This document shows positions 1 through 13,760 of a stretch of 64,000 nucleotides of DNA, piece by piece (the first letter of the stretch is position 1; each line of letters starts with the position of its first letter). Source of the DNA: Camelus ferus. Its lineage: Eukaryota. A program made the translations under genes and the position numbers. The notes under the pieces are model-generated. The model ran no database searches. It was not told where the DNA came from and saw only the letters and a list, made by a program, of their open reading frames with translations. The DNA lies in contig NC_045697.1 in the NCBI RefSeq assembly GCF_009834535.1, positions 29,390,001 through 29,454,000 of the forward strand, given 5' to 3'.

Positions 1-2355
1 GCTAGAAATGCTGGCTGCAGAGTGTAAAGAAAGGTTTGATTTTATCAGTATGCCTGACACTGGACTGGCTGAGTCATTTCAGCTGGTTGCTGTGATATAA
101 TAAAAATAGTAAGCAAGCGAGTAAAAACTGTTTCTAGGAGAGGAGATGAGTCTGGGAATGAGAACAAACTGTAACCAGTAATAAAGCTAATTATTTAATT
201 GTCCTCAGCATTTAAAATGTATAATTAAGGCTGAAAGCCATTCATTTTATGACTAAAACCATCTGTTCTGATCCTTCTCCATTTCATGAAATACCTAAAC
301 AGTCATCATCCACTTTTGCTTGGCCAGACTCTCCCGCTTTCTATTTTCTTCGCACAGTCCTTTCATCCCATCTCAACCTCCTGTGCGTGGTCAGGAGGTT
401 CACCTTGACTCTCCCACCCAGCTCCCCTCCACCCAGCCCTGGTCCTTTTACACAGGTGGATTTGCGTCAGAGCCCTGGCCCCATGGTACCCGAGGGGAAA
501 CTGCTCTAACAAGGGACTTGGGTGAGAATGAAGTCAGGTAATAAATGCACAGCACAGGGCTTCTCTCCCCGCTTTTCCCATCTCCAGTTCAAAGATGGCT
601 TTTAAGATAAAAGCCAATTGGCTCTCTTCTTGTCCCCCACCTCTGCCTCTGCCATCCAGCTCATCCTTCCCCCCTCTTTCTTAACCTAGCAACGTACTGT
701 CTGTGACGAAACAGAGACTGCCCTTAACTCCACCTGTTCCTGAACGCACGGCATCTTCTGTCCAGTCTCAAAGTCACTAACCAATCAGCAGGCTAAGCCC
801 AACCCCAGGCTCTTCATCTACCATCAGGACCTTGGACCAACTGTAAATGTGACCCCCATTCCAATCCAGCTTCACTGGTTCTCCTCCCTCAGCCTCAAAA
901 TTGTGTGACTCTCCCCGGTCCCCAAACAAACGAGCAAGGGCCCCAAGGGTGTGCCTCAAGCCACTCCTTCACCTCAGGCCTGGTGTGTGATCTATTTTCA
1001 GGGCCCCTTTCCTCCCAGTTACTCCTCCATCCACTGCAGTCTTACACTTTCACTGAGAGTACTTTCTATGCCATAACAGAAATTGGGTTTAACGTGTTTC
1101 CTCCATATACCCAAACTCTGTAAGGCAAGGACCATGTCTTAGTCCCACTTGAACTTCCCAGAGTCTGGCCCATAAACAGTGGAGTGAATTAACTGAAGTG
1201 CAGGTGCTTCAAATCCAGCACTCCTCACCCCTAGCCAGGTGCCTCCATCACCTGCTCCTGTTTCTTCCCACTGCCACTCCTGGTTCAGACGCAGCTCTCC
1301 CCTGGAGCAGTAAACTGGCCTTCTGGCCTGTCTCCCCACTTCAGCCTTGTCTTTTCAACCCTCCTCTGCTTTGTTTTCTCCATTTTTTTTTTTAAAAAGA
1401 GTATGCTTTTGAAACCTAACTTGGTCTATTCACTCTTCTGCTTAAACAATCTTTGCTGAAGATAACACCTTGGCGTGAGGTCACAGGCCCTACAAGACAT
1501 GGGCCTCGCCTCCAACTACACCTGCTATTGCTAGAATACACCATGCAGCCCAGGTCTGGATGCCTGCATTTATACAGCTCCCTCCTTACTGGAACTCTGC
1601 CAGTACCCAGAATAATAGGAGCTCAAGGGACAGTTGCAGAATGACTGATGAGGTGTTTTTGTTTGAAATCATATACGTGGCCCAAAGGGCCCTGGCTTTG
1701 TTGCCTGGAGACCTGGGGATGAACGCAGGCTCTATCCCTTACCAGCCCTGCCCTGGGGCCCGTCCTTTTCCGGAGCTTCTGTTTCCTCATAAATAAAAGA
1801 GGTCTGCCTAACCGGGCTGTGGTAAGAACTGCATTCACAGACATAAAGTAAACCAAGTATGTAAGAACAATGCACTTAAACCAACTATCTGAAATAAAAA
1901 TCATCCAATACACTGAATTTTTTTAAAAGTACTGAGTTGGTTCCAAAGAGCAAAAAACTCACGCATGACCAGCATTTCCTGATCACATATTGAAATTAGG
2001 GGTCAAGAATTGGGAATCCTCAAATTCGTGGTTTTGAAGATTATCGTTTTCAGTGCTACTGGAGTCTGCACAGAAGCACTTGGCCCCATCCGGTCCTGCT
2101 TCCTTCGGGTGTCCTGGCCTCCTGAGACGGCAAAGTGTTTGTCATTGATTCTGCCCACAGGATGAGGGTGTTCTTACCTACTTGGTTTACATTGTACCTG
2201 TGAACGCAGTTCTTACCACAGCCCTGTTGCACAGCTAAGCATTACTTTAGAGCTTAGGCTTTGCTACTTTTAAGTTAGTGACCCTGCTCCAATTGACAGC
2301 ATGTTAGACAAAAGCCCAGGGCACGCGGGCCGGGCCCTCGCGCGGGGCCACTCAC

Positions 2356-2535
2356 CATGCAGGCGGCCTGCACCGCCTCGGACACGTTCCCGGCATTAGG
2401 CTCGCACCAGAAAACGTGGCACTCAAAGTGCTGGTTCCCAGTGTCCATGATGAAGGCAAACGTGTGCACATCCTTCCCGACTCCCATGAAGGACAGGAAC
2501 CGCACCCGACACTCTACTAGGATTTCCTCTTCATT
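2356..2535 (-). CDS. APBB2: APBB2 coding exon, PTB2 ([60 protein letters not shown])
   Basis: Contained in ORF 2275..2541. Acceptor tctcttgcag, donor ATG|gtgagt. 180 nt, phase 0/0. The terminal exon is not in the window. Confidence 0.97.
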
Positions 2536-3464
2536 CTGCAAGAGACGCTGGTGAGAGCCCGCACTCCGGGAAGCCGGGCAACAGCCACAGGCACAGTCGG
2601 ACCTAAGTCAGCATCTGCTTAGTGCGGCTGCAGACAGGAAGTGGTATTAAAAAAAAATACATAGCCAGACTGAATTTAGAAAGAAGTAGCATTTTTCTAG
2701 AAAGGTTAGTTTCTGAATGCGTCTGGGGACGCCACTGCTGCTGTGGGTGCCGCATGCTGGCATTTAATCTCGCTCTGAACTACACTGTAAATGGTGTGTG
2801 CGATCCCTTCTCTGACTGCTGCACTCAAGCCCGTGGGATCACCGGGGTAGAAGCAATGTCATGTAAACTATATATCCTGCCCATCCAGTGGCTCAGAACC
2901 CATTCTCCCAGGCAAACCCACTGGAAACCCCAGAGCACCAAGAGAAAAGGAGCCATGGGCTCTTTCCATCCGTGTCTTTCCCCAGAGCAAACAGCACATT
3001 GAATCACGTTTCTACCTAAAACTGTGTAAAACAAAAAGCTGTCAAATCCCCTTTTAACCCCCCTTTCACAAACTGGTATCCAAATAATGATGTGTGAAGA
3101 AGTGTCTGGAAGTCATTCTTATGAACACCACATCCTTCGCAGCAGCCATGTGCAATTTTTGAATTAGTAAATACATCCAGAATGGTAACTTTTGGCTCAT
3201 TAACACCTTGACTTATGTAAAGGGGCAGAGCACAGAAGAAGCAACCCTGGCAGAGTGCTGAGGTAGGAAAAGGCACCACATGTTTGCAGACTCGAAGAAA
3301 ATCCCACGTGGCAGGCTGGAGAGGCAGGCAGGCAGGGCCAGTGAGCAGCTTACTCCTTTTTAGAAACTGAACTGGGCTAGAAGGTGAGCTGCTCATGGAT
3401 AGAAGCAAGAGCAGGCCAAGGATTTATGGTCTTATCATGACAGGTGCTTCACCGAAGCAGGATG

Positions 3465-3560
3465 GAAAACTGACCCTGCTACTTCTAGCTGTGTGACCAC
3501 GGGCAGTTACTTAACCTCTCTGTGCCTCAATTTCCTCAACCACAAAATTGGGATAATTTG
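3465..3560. mobile_element. MIR SINE fragment
   Basis: ctagctgtgtgacc..gggcagttacttaacctctctgtgcctcaatttcctc core. Confidence 0.7.
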
Positions 3561-4004
3561 GGTTGAGGCTAATGCTGGCCTCTCTCCAGATGACCTGTGG
3601 CCCCTGCTACCATAGGACCTTCCATGAGAGAAGCGTCTCCTGTGCCCCAACCCCAGACAACACAGCCCAGTCAATACTGGAGCCTGGAGAGTGGCCAGAA
3701 AACCAAGCCCCATTAATGAGTTACTGTTAGAATCGCAGTGTCACTTCTAGCAAATGACATCAATCTCCTGGGCACAGCAGGAAGGAAGAATGAGGAGCAA
3801 TGGACTAGAAGCCTCTGAGGTGTGCAGAGATACAGACACAAAGGGAGGAGTTTTTGTTTTTTGCACATAGGCTATTTTAATCACAAGCAAGCACAGCTCC
3901 CCAGAGGTCAAGCCTTGGCACATGCCTAAGTTTCATGGAAGATTACTGTATCCAAAATCTCACTGTAACCCAGAAAGACCAACTGCATCTGCCACCCTCC
4001 TTAC

Positions 4005-4120
4005 CGTCTCACTGATGACAGTCACAGTAGCATCGGCCACGTTCATGTGCACCGACGGCCAGTCCTCCTTGCTGGACGAGGTCATGAGACTTTCTATGGC
4101 ACTGTTCAGGGTATCCATTC
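4005..4120 (-). CDS. APBB2: APBB2 coding exon, PTB2 (GMDTLNSAIESLMTSSSKEDWPSVHMNVADATVTVISET)
   Basis: Manual translation; not in the ORF track. Acceptor cccttccatccacag, donor ACG|gtaagg. 116 nt, phase 1/0. Confidence 0.96.
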
Positions 4121-4639
4121 CTGTGGATGGAAGGGACAACTGAAAAAGGTCCTAAAGCTATTTCTGACTCTCAGATGTGGGCCCAAATCACCCAGTGACA
4201 GCTAAGTCCAGACTGGTCTTTTATTCGTAGTCCCAAACAAGACATTTTACTTGAGCATTTCATTGCTCAAAAAAAAAAAAAAAAAAAAAAGAAATGCCAG
4301 CTTTTTCAACAGAAAGAAGGCTCATGAGAACCTCCAGAGACGTAGCATGCCACGTCCTAACCGGAACATCTCTCCCTTGCTCTCTCTCTCCCCCCAACAA
4401 AGATCCCCTAGCCCCGAGTACTCAAATGCTAACTTTTTCTAAGCAAAGAAGCTTCAAAAGGGGGACCCAACAGAAGCCAGCATCTGCCAGATCCCCTGAT
4501 CATCCTTCACTGTACTCTGTCAGTTAAGTAAGGCCCAGTCTGGATGGCCCCCGGACAGGAGCAGTCTGCGCTGTTCAGTGGGGCCCTTTGGCTGGGTGTT
4601 CCCACAAGCCATTTCTGGCGGGGGAGAGGTGGGATAACA

Positions 4640-5260
4640 ACTTTATTGAGATATAATTCACACACCATACAACTTACTCATTCAAAGTGCAAAATTCAGT
4701 GGTTTTTAGTATGTTCAGAGTTGTGCCCCCATCACCACAATCAGTTTTAGAACATTTTCATCAACCCAAAAAGAAACCCCATGCCTTCCAGGAGTCCCCC
4801 TCCATTTCCTCCCAGCCCCCAGCCCCCAGCCCTGTCTCTGGACATTTCACATAAATGGAATCATACAGCCTCTGCAACTGGCTCTTTCTCTTTCATTTGG
4901 CATATCGTTTTCAAGGTTCAGCCATGTTGCAGCATGTCTAACACTTCATTCCTTTTTATTGCCAGTTAAAGTGCCCCTGCATGGAAGTGCATTTGATTTG
5001 TCCATTTGTCAGCTGATGGCCATGTGGGTTATTCCCACTTCCTGACTATTACGGATGCTGCTGCTGTGAACTTCCGTGTACGAGGTTTGGTGGGAACAGA
5101 TGTTTTCATTCCACTTGGGTATAAGCCCAGGAGAACTGCTGGGTCAAACGGTAACCCTATATTTAACTTTAGAGGAACTGCCAGACTGTTTCCCAAGGCA
5201 GCTGTGCCCTTTTACCTACGCCCAGCAGTGCACGAAGGTTCTGATTTCTCCACAGCCTTT
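4640..5260 (-). mobile_element. Old L1 (L1M-type) 3' fragment
   Basis: ctttattgagatataattcaca...cagtggtttttagtatgttcagagttgtg is a typical L1MB-like 3' UTR and ORF2 end in reverse. Confidence 0.8.
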
Positions 5261-5782
5261 TCCACCCAGGAAATGGCTACATCTCCCAGCCTCCTGTCAG
5301 CTTAGTATGCATAAGCAACTAAATTCTGCTCCTGGGATGTGAGCTGACCACTGCATGTGCTGCTGCTTCTGGGTCCCATCTTAAGAGAAAAGCACAGGGG
5401 CTCCCTCAGCCTCTTATCCCCACCCACCACGTGACAAGGATGGAAGCAGGTGCCCCCTGAACGGAAGCCCCGGTTCAGGACGGCAAAGCCCTTCCACAGC
5501 CTGAATTGCACATCTCTGGACTGCTGGGTGAATAAGAAACCCAGGTCTGCTTTGTTCGAGTCCCTGTGTTCTGGGATCACACATCAGAGTAACTCAGCCT
5601 GTCCTATACTGTTCCCCTGTTTGGCACTGTTTGTGCGCTCTGGCTGGTGACAGCGTGAGGGTCTGATTCAAGACAAAGCAAGGGAGTAAAACAGCAGACC
5701 CCACCCCGATGGGAGGATGAACACCTCCCACGCACTCCCCCAAAACTTGCGAAGCGTAAAGACAGATAATGAAGACACATAC

Positions 5783-5866
5783 CGACTGGTTTGTCTACAG
5801 GCAGCATGCCCAAGTACTGCACGTGGAACTTCTGGACCAGCTCAGTCTTTGGTGTTGGAAAATCTA
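5783..5866 (-). CDS. APBB2: APBB2 coding exon, start of PTB2 (VDFPTPKTELVQKFHVQYLGMLPVDKPV)
   Basis: Contained in ORF 5604..5879. Tandem acceptor ttccctgtagTAG, donor G|gtatgt. 84 nt (81 with the distal AG), phase 1/1. Confidence 0.96.
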
Positions 5867-6463
5867 CTACAGGGAACAAAGCGACACATCTTTCTTAATG
5901 GTTCTGATATACACATAATGTCCTGTGTTTCTAGAGATAAATGTGGCAATCATTCTATAAGAACAGCATTTCTTCCACCAGACACTGGGGCTCTGTCAAT
6001 CAAAGTCCCGTTCACCTTTCATTTCTAGGTAGGAAAGCATTTGAAAGCAGAACTAGAATTTATGTGTTGAGATGTGACTGTCCCTTGGATGTATGCTAGG
6101 TCGCAGCTTTGGATGTCCTATTTATTAGGTATAGTTGATACCCTGAGAAGATGTAATCACAAAGAGCGCAGAGACAGGACGAGTAACTTTACCGAGCTCC
6201 CCAAAATATCAGCCCATGTATTTTTAAACCAACTGGTCCTTACCCCAGGCTGTACCTGAGTATCAAAACCACTAAAGATACTTTTCTTTAATCTTGTCCA
6301 ATAACAACAAAACGCATCCTGTCCCCTCATGCTGAACCCTGTTGACACAAGATCAGCTCTAAGCCATGCACGGAGGGCCAAGTGCAGGCTCGGCACGAGG
6401 GATTTAGGGAGACGAGAAACGCCAGGGATCCATCTGAGACCCTCGGCTTCCTGACCCGCCTAC

Positions 6464-6551
6464 CTTGCAGGGGAACGTCAAGGTTCACGTTGGTCCTTTC
6501 ATGTAAGGAGCTGCCGGCCAGGGCTTTGGCATTCTTCCGTTCGGCCATAAT
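6464..6551 (-). CDS. APBB2: APBB2 coding exon, PTB1-PTB2 linker (IMAERKNAKALAGSSLHERTNVNLDVPLQ)
   Basis: Overlaps ORF 6327..6548. Acceptor ttttctctttgtcag, donor AAG|gtaggc. 88 nt, phase 0/1. Confidence 0.96.
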
Positions 6552-6944
6552 CTGACAAAGAGAAAACGCAGCTGTGGCTCATGGCTACAGACTCCGGTCT
6601 TCAGCTGGTCCAGCTGGTGTCTGTGCCGACTTCACTTCCAAGTTGAATGGGCTCTGGTCTGTTGCCTGACCTCCCACCCACGTATCTCTGAGCTGTTTAT
6701 TTCAAAAGCTGTGCCCGTTTTCTCTGGGGATAATAGTGAATGTACCTCAGAGTAACTAACAGTCTCCTAATTATTTAGAATTTATTCTTCCATTTACCAG
6801 GCTCCCACCTCTACTGAAACAACCCCCAAAATACCCCTAGTCGTATACAGAGCCCCTGGCCCACAGCAGTCAGTGGAACCCAGGGCAACGGACATCCCCT
6901 ACTGCTTCCAGATGGTGACTCTTGGGTACTCTCTTCAGGGCTCT

Positions 6945-7135
6945 GGGGACAGAGTACATGGGTTCAAATCCCACATCTGCCACTTACTAGCTGTGTGGCC
7001 TTGGGCAAGTCACCTGCCCTGGTTCACTTCCTCCACCGCACATGGGGATGGTACTTCTGTCCCTAGTAACACTGTGTCGGTCCTGAGAGTAAGTATGAAC
7101 ACTCCGAAGTGTTAGCTGCCAGTGTCGTTGTTATT
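6945..7135. mobile_element. MIR SINE
   Basis: MIR core gggttcaaatcccacatctgccacttactagctgtgtggccttgggcaagtcac. Confidence 0.75.
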
Positions 7136-9094
7136 GTCAAATTGTTTAAATCTGTCAGCCCTCTTTCAAACTCTCCTCTGTTGGGGCTGCTAACATCTCC
7201 TTGACTTGAGAGCCATCGCTTTTCACCCCTGTTCACAGCATTGTGGCTTTGAAGACTGAAAGAATCCACCTTCACTGACCCCCAAAGCAGCTCACATCCT
7301 CATTCCCGGCCCCACCTTCCCACCCAGGTGGAACAAAGTCACTTCCCCCCAGAGCTCCACTCCGCCGTCTCCAGATGTGCGCCTGGGACGGCGGGCAGTA
7401 GGGCTGCTGACAGCAGGAGACTCGTGCTCCGGGCCAGGCCGAGCTCTAAGGGCTTCACACTGGAGGACAAGCTCCACAAGGGCCAGGATCTTCTGTTTTA
7501 GCCTCTGCTGTCTCCTCAGAACAGGGCCTGGTGCATGCATGGCATTCAATTACATTTGCTACGTGAATGGATGAGGAAATGAAACCGGGGAGCGCGGCAT
7601 GCACGTGAGGAAGGTGCATCGGGCTGCGGTGACACAGGCTCTCTGGACCGGCAACCACCCCACAGGGCCCAGTCACACGGTCAGAGCAGCAGACCGCTGT
7701 GCTGTTTCTCTGGGGACTGGGGACAGCTCTCATCCCTTCCCCTCCCTCAGGAACTTCACTCCTGCTTCTCCGAGACCAGGCTGGGCCTGGCAGCTCGAGG
7801 ACTTGTGGGAGTGAGGCCGTGTAAGGGTGCCAGCCTGAAGGCACGACGGTGACATGCAGCACGGGTGACATGAACCCCTTGCTCAGGTCAGTGAGTACAC
7901 CTGGGGACTGGAAAGGCCTGGCTGAGGGAGGCTGGAGACAGTGTCCTGGAGGCCTGGCCACCACTCCTGGAACCCAAGCCAGCCGGTAACGTGGTCACTA
8001 AGAATGGATCCTTGGAGGTCAAAGGTCAGAGTGGCCATGGTCTGTTCTGGAACACTGGGTCACGCATGGGAAAGCAAGCAGGGTGTGCCTGGAAGAGGAC
8101 GCTTAGGGGCCTGGTAACCCTGGGACCCGACAGCAGCTGAGGAGGCAGGGTGGGCACGCTGGAGAAAGGAGGAAGCCGGGAGGAGGAAGGCTCAGCGGCA
8201 AACACCCATCCAGCGCCATGTGAACCAGGCCCAGTGCGGCTCCACATGCCCTCCAGTCCAAGAGCTGCCGGCAGAGACAAAGAATCTCTCTCACTGCCAC
8301 AGACCACACGTCTCCAGTAACCACGTGGAGGTTCTAGAGGGGAAGGTTTCAGGTCCACACAAGAAAGGCCTCCACGAGAGCCAGAGCTACTTGGTCCCAG
8401 AGCAGGCTCCTGAAAAGTACCAGACCTGTGGGTGGAGGTCAGTGAAGGGCCAGCAGAGGTGCGGGGATGCTGCGCTGGAGGGAAGGAGCGAGGGAGGGAG
8501 GGAGACTGGGCTGCGACACCCGACTGTCAGTTCTCCTTCTGAGGCTGCGACTCTGGTTAATGAAGTGGGACCCTTACCATCGTGAGCCAGTGACAGTGAC
8601 CACAGCCCTGCCTCACCACTGGCCAGAGTGCTCATGAGCTGCGGTGTGTTCTCATGAAGTCAGTGTGTGTTCATGACCACCCCTAGCTGCCTGCATTTCC
8701 ACAGACCCCCCAGAAGGAAGGGGACCTCCCTTCCTTCTGTCCGTGTTCCCTCTCAGATCAGGGGGCCCTGTCCCTCGGAAATCTGCCAACTCCCTTCACG
8801 TTTCCCGGAGGGGCTTGCTGTACATGGTGCGTCTCCACCAGCACACCTGCCACCCTTCTGTCCACCTATTATACACCCCGGACTGCGGAAGGGACCAAGG
8901 CTGTCCTCCTTTTGTAGGTGGAGCACCATTCAAGAGTATTAACAACACTGGCTGAACTTGACAGTCTGCCTGCTTCTCCCTGAGCTCCATTTGCAGGTCA
9001 ATGTGCCAGGCTATCCACCCCTACCACATCCCTTCCCTGCTGGAGCAGTGAGAAAAAAGAGAGGGGCAGGCCACAGTGCCCTGACCCACCTTAC

Positions 9095-9209
9095 CTTGGA
9101 ACAGATTTCGTGGAGACTCGTGGCGATGGCTTTTGCTGGTGTGTCACATCGAAATACATGACATTTCAAAATTCTTGTGTCTCTGTCTCTTGCTACATAA
9201 GCAAAATCT
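9095..9209 (-). CDS. APBB2: APBB2 coding exon, end of PTB1 ([38 protein letters not shown])
   Basis: Contained in ORF 9011..9217. Acceptor tttgcacag, donor AAG|gtaagg. 115 nt, phase 2/0. Confidence 0.97.
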
Positions 9210-12007
9210 CTGTGCAAACAAAATGTATCGGTACATTAGGATAAAGAACCTTACGCAACACACATTCTGGTTGTGAATGTTAACTGAGCTAGGAGCCAGC
9301 ATGTCAGAGGTAAACAGAGAATGCGATGGTTAAAAAAATAAGTGTCAACAGCTACCTCAAACAGAGGAACAGTTTTATGATATTAGGAATTCATTTCTGA
9401 GCAAAATAACTAGGATGTCCCCCAAATTATGTTTGTTGAGCTCCTGGGATCTTAATGAACAATGCTTAATGAAAACCGAATTTTATAGGACACTTCTATC
9501 CAGAGTAATAACAAATATTATGATTATAAATATTATGACCACAAAACAGAACACAGGCTCGAGAGGAGCATGAATTTGTATGAGTGAGATTGTGGCAAAC
9601 ATGGGGGTGCAGCAGAAGCAGAACAATAGGCTCTGATGTGTAAACAGGTGGCCGGAGAGCGGATCAGAGCTGCAGCTGCTGAGAAAGTAGACGGGCGATC
9701 ACAGCAACACAGAGACACCACAGGCTGAAGTCCTGTCAAAGGCACTTGATTCTGCGCGACACCTCTCTTACTCCAGGGCCTGGGGCGACGGCAGCAGCCT
9801 GACACCTGTATCGTCAGCTCAGACGCGGCGGTGAGCATGCAGCTGGTGCTTTACTGATTTCAGCATCGCTTTACTGATGAAAGGATATCGCCGGTGACGT
9901 TACCTGGCTTCAGAAGAACCATGCCATACAACTAGATTTCTCACTCTTAGTATTGAGGACAGCGGTTCAAAGTGTTTATGAAAAATAAATGCCCAGATTT
10001 ACCCGTCTGGTAGTGGATCACAGTGATTTCTTTGTGTGTGGTGCTAAGCCAGGATCCTTGTCTGTAGATATAATCACAGATGAATGTATTACTTCCCTTA
10101 ACGTAGGAGCTGGCAGTGTTCTCACAGACTGTGACAGATTTTCCCCAAGACAGACTTGGCTTCTTTGGGAAGGCAGAGGGGTCTACTTGCTGGAGGCAAC
10201 CGGCCATCGTGAAGGTCTGGCCAGAAAAGCCCTCCCTGTTGCCTGCCCCAGGGAGCCCTGCGGTGACTCCAGGCCAGGGGTATCTTTATCTGGCTGCCCA
10301 CAGGCCCTTGAACCTCCAACCATGCACAACTGCCCTCAAGTCTGCTTGCCTCCGCCCTCCCGTGTCCTCCCGTTCTCTCTCAGTTGGCGTCGTCCATGCC
10401 AGAACCCGGGGCCTTCCTCAGGCCCCACACTCCATACCCAAACCCCGTGTTCGGCCTGCTTGACCTCTTGAAAATGTCTTGAAGCCACCCCGTCCTTGCC
10501 AGCGCTGCTACCACTCAAGCATCCTAAGTGGGTTCTTGCGTTCGCCCCGCCGTCTCCACGCCCGGGCCACGGTCTCAGCCTCACCTGAGGCTGGGCGAGT
10601 GCCTTCTCGGAGCCGCCGCGCCCCTGGGACACATGGCGCTCAGCCCTGGGTACCGTGAGCATCTGCTTATGCACTGTCTTCCCCACTCCCCTCGGAGCTC
10701 CGTGAAGATGATCTGTGCCTTCTTCATCCCCAGGACCCAGCCCGGGCCTGGCCACAGCTGGTACCGAGTGCCCCTTCCTCTCACACACGGGCCCTGCGGC
10801 ACCCCCACCGCCCATCTAGAAAGTCAGCCTGTGCTCAGAGGTGGCGCACGGCCTCGCTCCACGCTGTGCTCCTGAGGCCCTTCCATCCTAGTCTCAGCCC
10901 GACCAAGACAGCACATTACTTAAAAAGGAAGTGAAGAGAGGGCATCACTTTTGGAGACCATGCTCAAGGGAAGTCCTGCTGTGGTCCCCCTCCTTCTGGC
11001 TACTTTTCTTTCCTGGGTGGGTCCCAAAGTAATACACACAGTGTCTTGTCACACACAACTCTCTTCTTTAAAAATTCCACGTTCAGTTGCCATTTTTCTG
11101 AGGTCAAATCTCTTTGAAGTTCCTGTGGTCACCCATGGAAAATCCAAAAACTTTTGTCTGCATTTCTGGAGTTCCAAAATTGGTCCCACTAACTCTTCCA
11201 GCATCCTTCCTCCAACCAAGGAGCTCTCCCCTCTGATCCAGAAAGGGGGGTCTTCCCACCTGGCGACCCTGGCCCCCCTGCCCTTCTGGAGCTCACTAAC
11301 CCATCTACTCGGTACCGTCCAGCCCAAAAGCCGGCCCCCAGCACCTTGCTGGTGTCTAAATGCCGACAGGATCTGCGTTCTGTACCACAGTGGATTAGAG
11401 CCAGTGATGCCCTACCTTAAGTAGTTCCTGTAATGTTCCCACCTGCAACTGTCCTCCCTGAGAGGGCAATGGATCAGGATTCGGGCAACCCAATCTCTAG
11501 TCCCATTTCTGATTCCACTGAGCTATACCACCTCGGGCATGGAGTTGGACCTCATCTCTAAGTCATGCAACATGATTTCCAAGGTCCCTTTCTGGCTCTG
11601 ATGTTCTATAATGTAAGCCTCCAAGATCCACCCTGCTCCCCGAGACTGCTGGCTGGTCTCCAAGTGCAGCAAGTGCAAAGACACCGTCGGGGAGGACCAA
11701 ACAGGCCCTGATCAAAAAGCGATGGATCACTCCCATCAAACTTCAGCTCTGTGCCCTCTGTTCTTTCAGATGCAACCCCTTAGGAGTAATTTTTTAAGAT
11801 TACTCTTATCAATCTTCATTTTCCTTCTGGCTCAGGAGAAAGTGATTAATGCCTGAGGAGACCATCTGGAATCCACGTCTTCCCACAGGGGCAGCGCAGC
11901 AGCCGCAGGGCCTGTTCGGGAGGTTCTGACACTTTTGTTTTCCCTACAGTTTTGTCTTTTCCTGTTCCCTCCCAGGTACCAGGCTGACAGATCAGGGAGG
12001 CAGAAAT

Positions 12008-12049
12008 CTAATAGCTGAGAGTCTGGTCCCTAATAGCTGAGAGTCTGGT
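12008..12049. repeat. Tandem duplication with 22-bp period (CTAATAGCTGAGAGTCTGGT x2)
   Basis: Exact 20-mer at 12008-12027 and 12030-12049. Confidence 0.9.
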
Positions 12050-12343
12050 AACTAACCTCCCAGGAGAACACAAGTTCCTCCTCCTCACTGTGGGGGTCAG
12101 GAGATGTGCACGTTTATTCCCATGAAACAGACCCCAAGTCACCCTAAAACAGCGGGAAGCCCCGAACATGGGGATTTTTCAGACCTCTCTTTCCGATCTG
12201 GAGCACAGACAAGCCAGACAACTTCCTTTGTGTGCAGTGAAATATGTGGCTTAGCTACTCTCATTATTACTCAGAATGGAGTCCAAACCGGTTATTTTAA
12301 AAGCCTGGCTTCTCAGCACCTGGTTTCTGAATAAGGCTGCTTT

Positions 12344-12760
12344 GGTAGACAGAATGATGACCCTCCCAAGACGTCCCTGTCTTAATTCCCAGAAGCTGTT
12401 AATAGGTTACCTTAAAGGGCAAAAGGGGCTTTGCGGATGGGATGAAGTGAAGGATCTCGAGGTGGGGCTGTTGTCCTGGATTATCTGGGCAGGCCCAACA
12501 CAACTACAAGGGAAGGGAGGAGGCACTTTCCCTAGAGGTGAAAGGAAGGCAGGCAGCACCTAAAGGCTGGAAAAGGCAAGGAAAGGGGTTTTCTGTTGGT
12601 GTCTCTAGGAGGAACACAGCCCTGCTGACACCATGGTCTTAGCCTGAAAGACCCATTTTAGATTTCTGACCTCCAGAACTGTAAGAGAATAAATTTGCGT
12701 GGCTTTAAGCCACTAAGTTTGTGGTTAATTTGTTACAGCAGCAATATGAAAGTAATACCG
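12344..12760 (+). mobile_element. MaLR solo LTR (MLT1-type)
   Basis: Starts tggtagacagaatgatgaccc and ends ttctgacctccagaactgtaagagaataaatttg...aagccactaagtttgtgg..ttgttacagcagcaat. Confidence 0.85.
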
Positions 12761-12829
12761 CTGCCAGTATTACGATACTAGTCAAATTATGATTCGGTAT
12801 AGAGACTTATACTTTAAAAAAAATATTCA

Positions 12830-13760
12830 ATTCACTTCCACAAATACCTTCTGAGCCACTATTATGCCCCAGGCAACAGGGAAGCAAACACAAACAGACG
12901 AGGCTCCAGCCTAGGAAGCCCGCTGTCCAATGACAGAGCTGCTCAGTGAGGTCTGAGCTGCGTCAGTAAGGATAAGGACCTCGGCAGGGTGAGAGGGCAG
13001 CGATGGCTCAAAGCACGCTCACATGCGCATGAGCAAAGGCACGGAGGTAAGCAAGCCCACAGAGGATTCGGAAGAACTCCAGTCCTGTGCATGACTTCCG
13101 GCACTAGGGTGAGGGGCCATGGCTGCAGGGAGGTTGTACTCCTGTCCTGACAAGAGCCTGGGCCTTACTCTGAATCATCGAGTCTGTAATGTGACATGTA
13201 ACCCTATCTGACAAGTGTTTTGAAAAGTTCCTTCTGGTAGAACAAAGTGGGACAAAGGAAGGAGGCCCCGGGGCTGCTGCTATGGTTGGGGTGAGAGAAG
13301 AGGAACAGGGAAGGCTCCATGAGCATCCATGAAGACGGGGGGGGGGGGGGGGAGTCGGGGGGGTGGAGGCAGACTGGCAGGGTTGAGGGGGGTGTGGGAG
13401 ATGAGAGGGAGAATCCAGAGTAGCTGTGGGGTCCCCGCTTGGACAACTAAGCGCTCTCACACTGGGGGAAGGTGGGGGAGTGATTTGGTGGAGGAAGCGG
13501 ATTAGCTCCAGGCTGGATGATGGGTGTGAGGTGCTTGGGGGGCACCTGGTGGCCATGCCCACCAAGCAGGTAGACACTCAGTCCCTGAGCCCAGTCCTAT
13601 GGTCTGGGCTGGAGACCCCGGCTTGAGGGGGCAGCTGCAGTCAGGGGAGCAGATGAGAGTGTGGAGAATGAGAAGAGACAAAACAAGGCCTGGACCCTGA
13701 GAAAGAAAGCCCAGGAGAGGCTGGTTCCAAAACATCAAATGAAGGGATTTCAGGAGAGGT
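12830..13760 (-). mobile_element. Degraded L2 LINE, containing a G16 run at 13337-13352
   Basis: L2-like purine-rich motifs (gagcaaaggcacggagg, ggtctgggctggagac, gagagtgtggagaatgagaagag). Confidence 0.55.
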
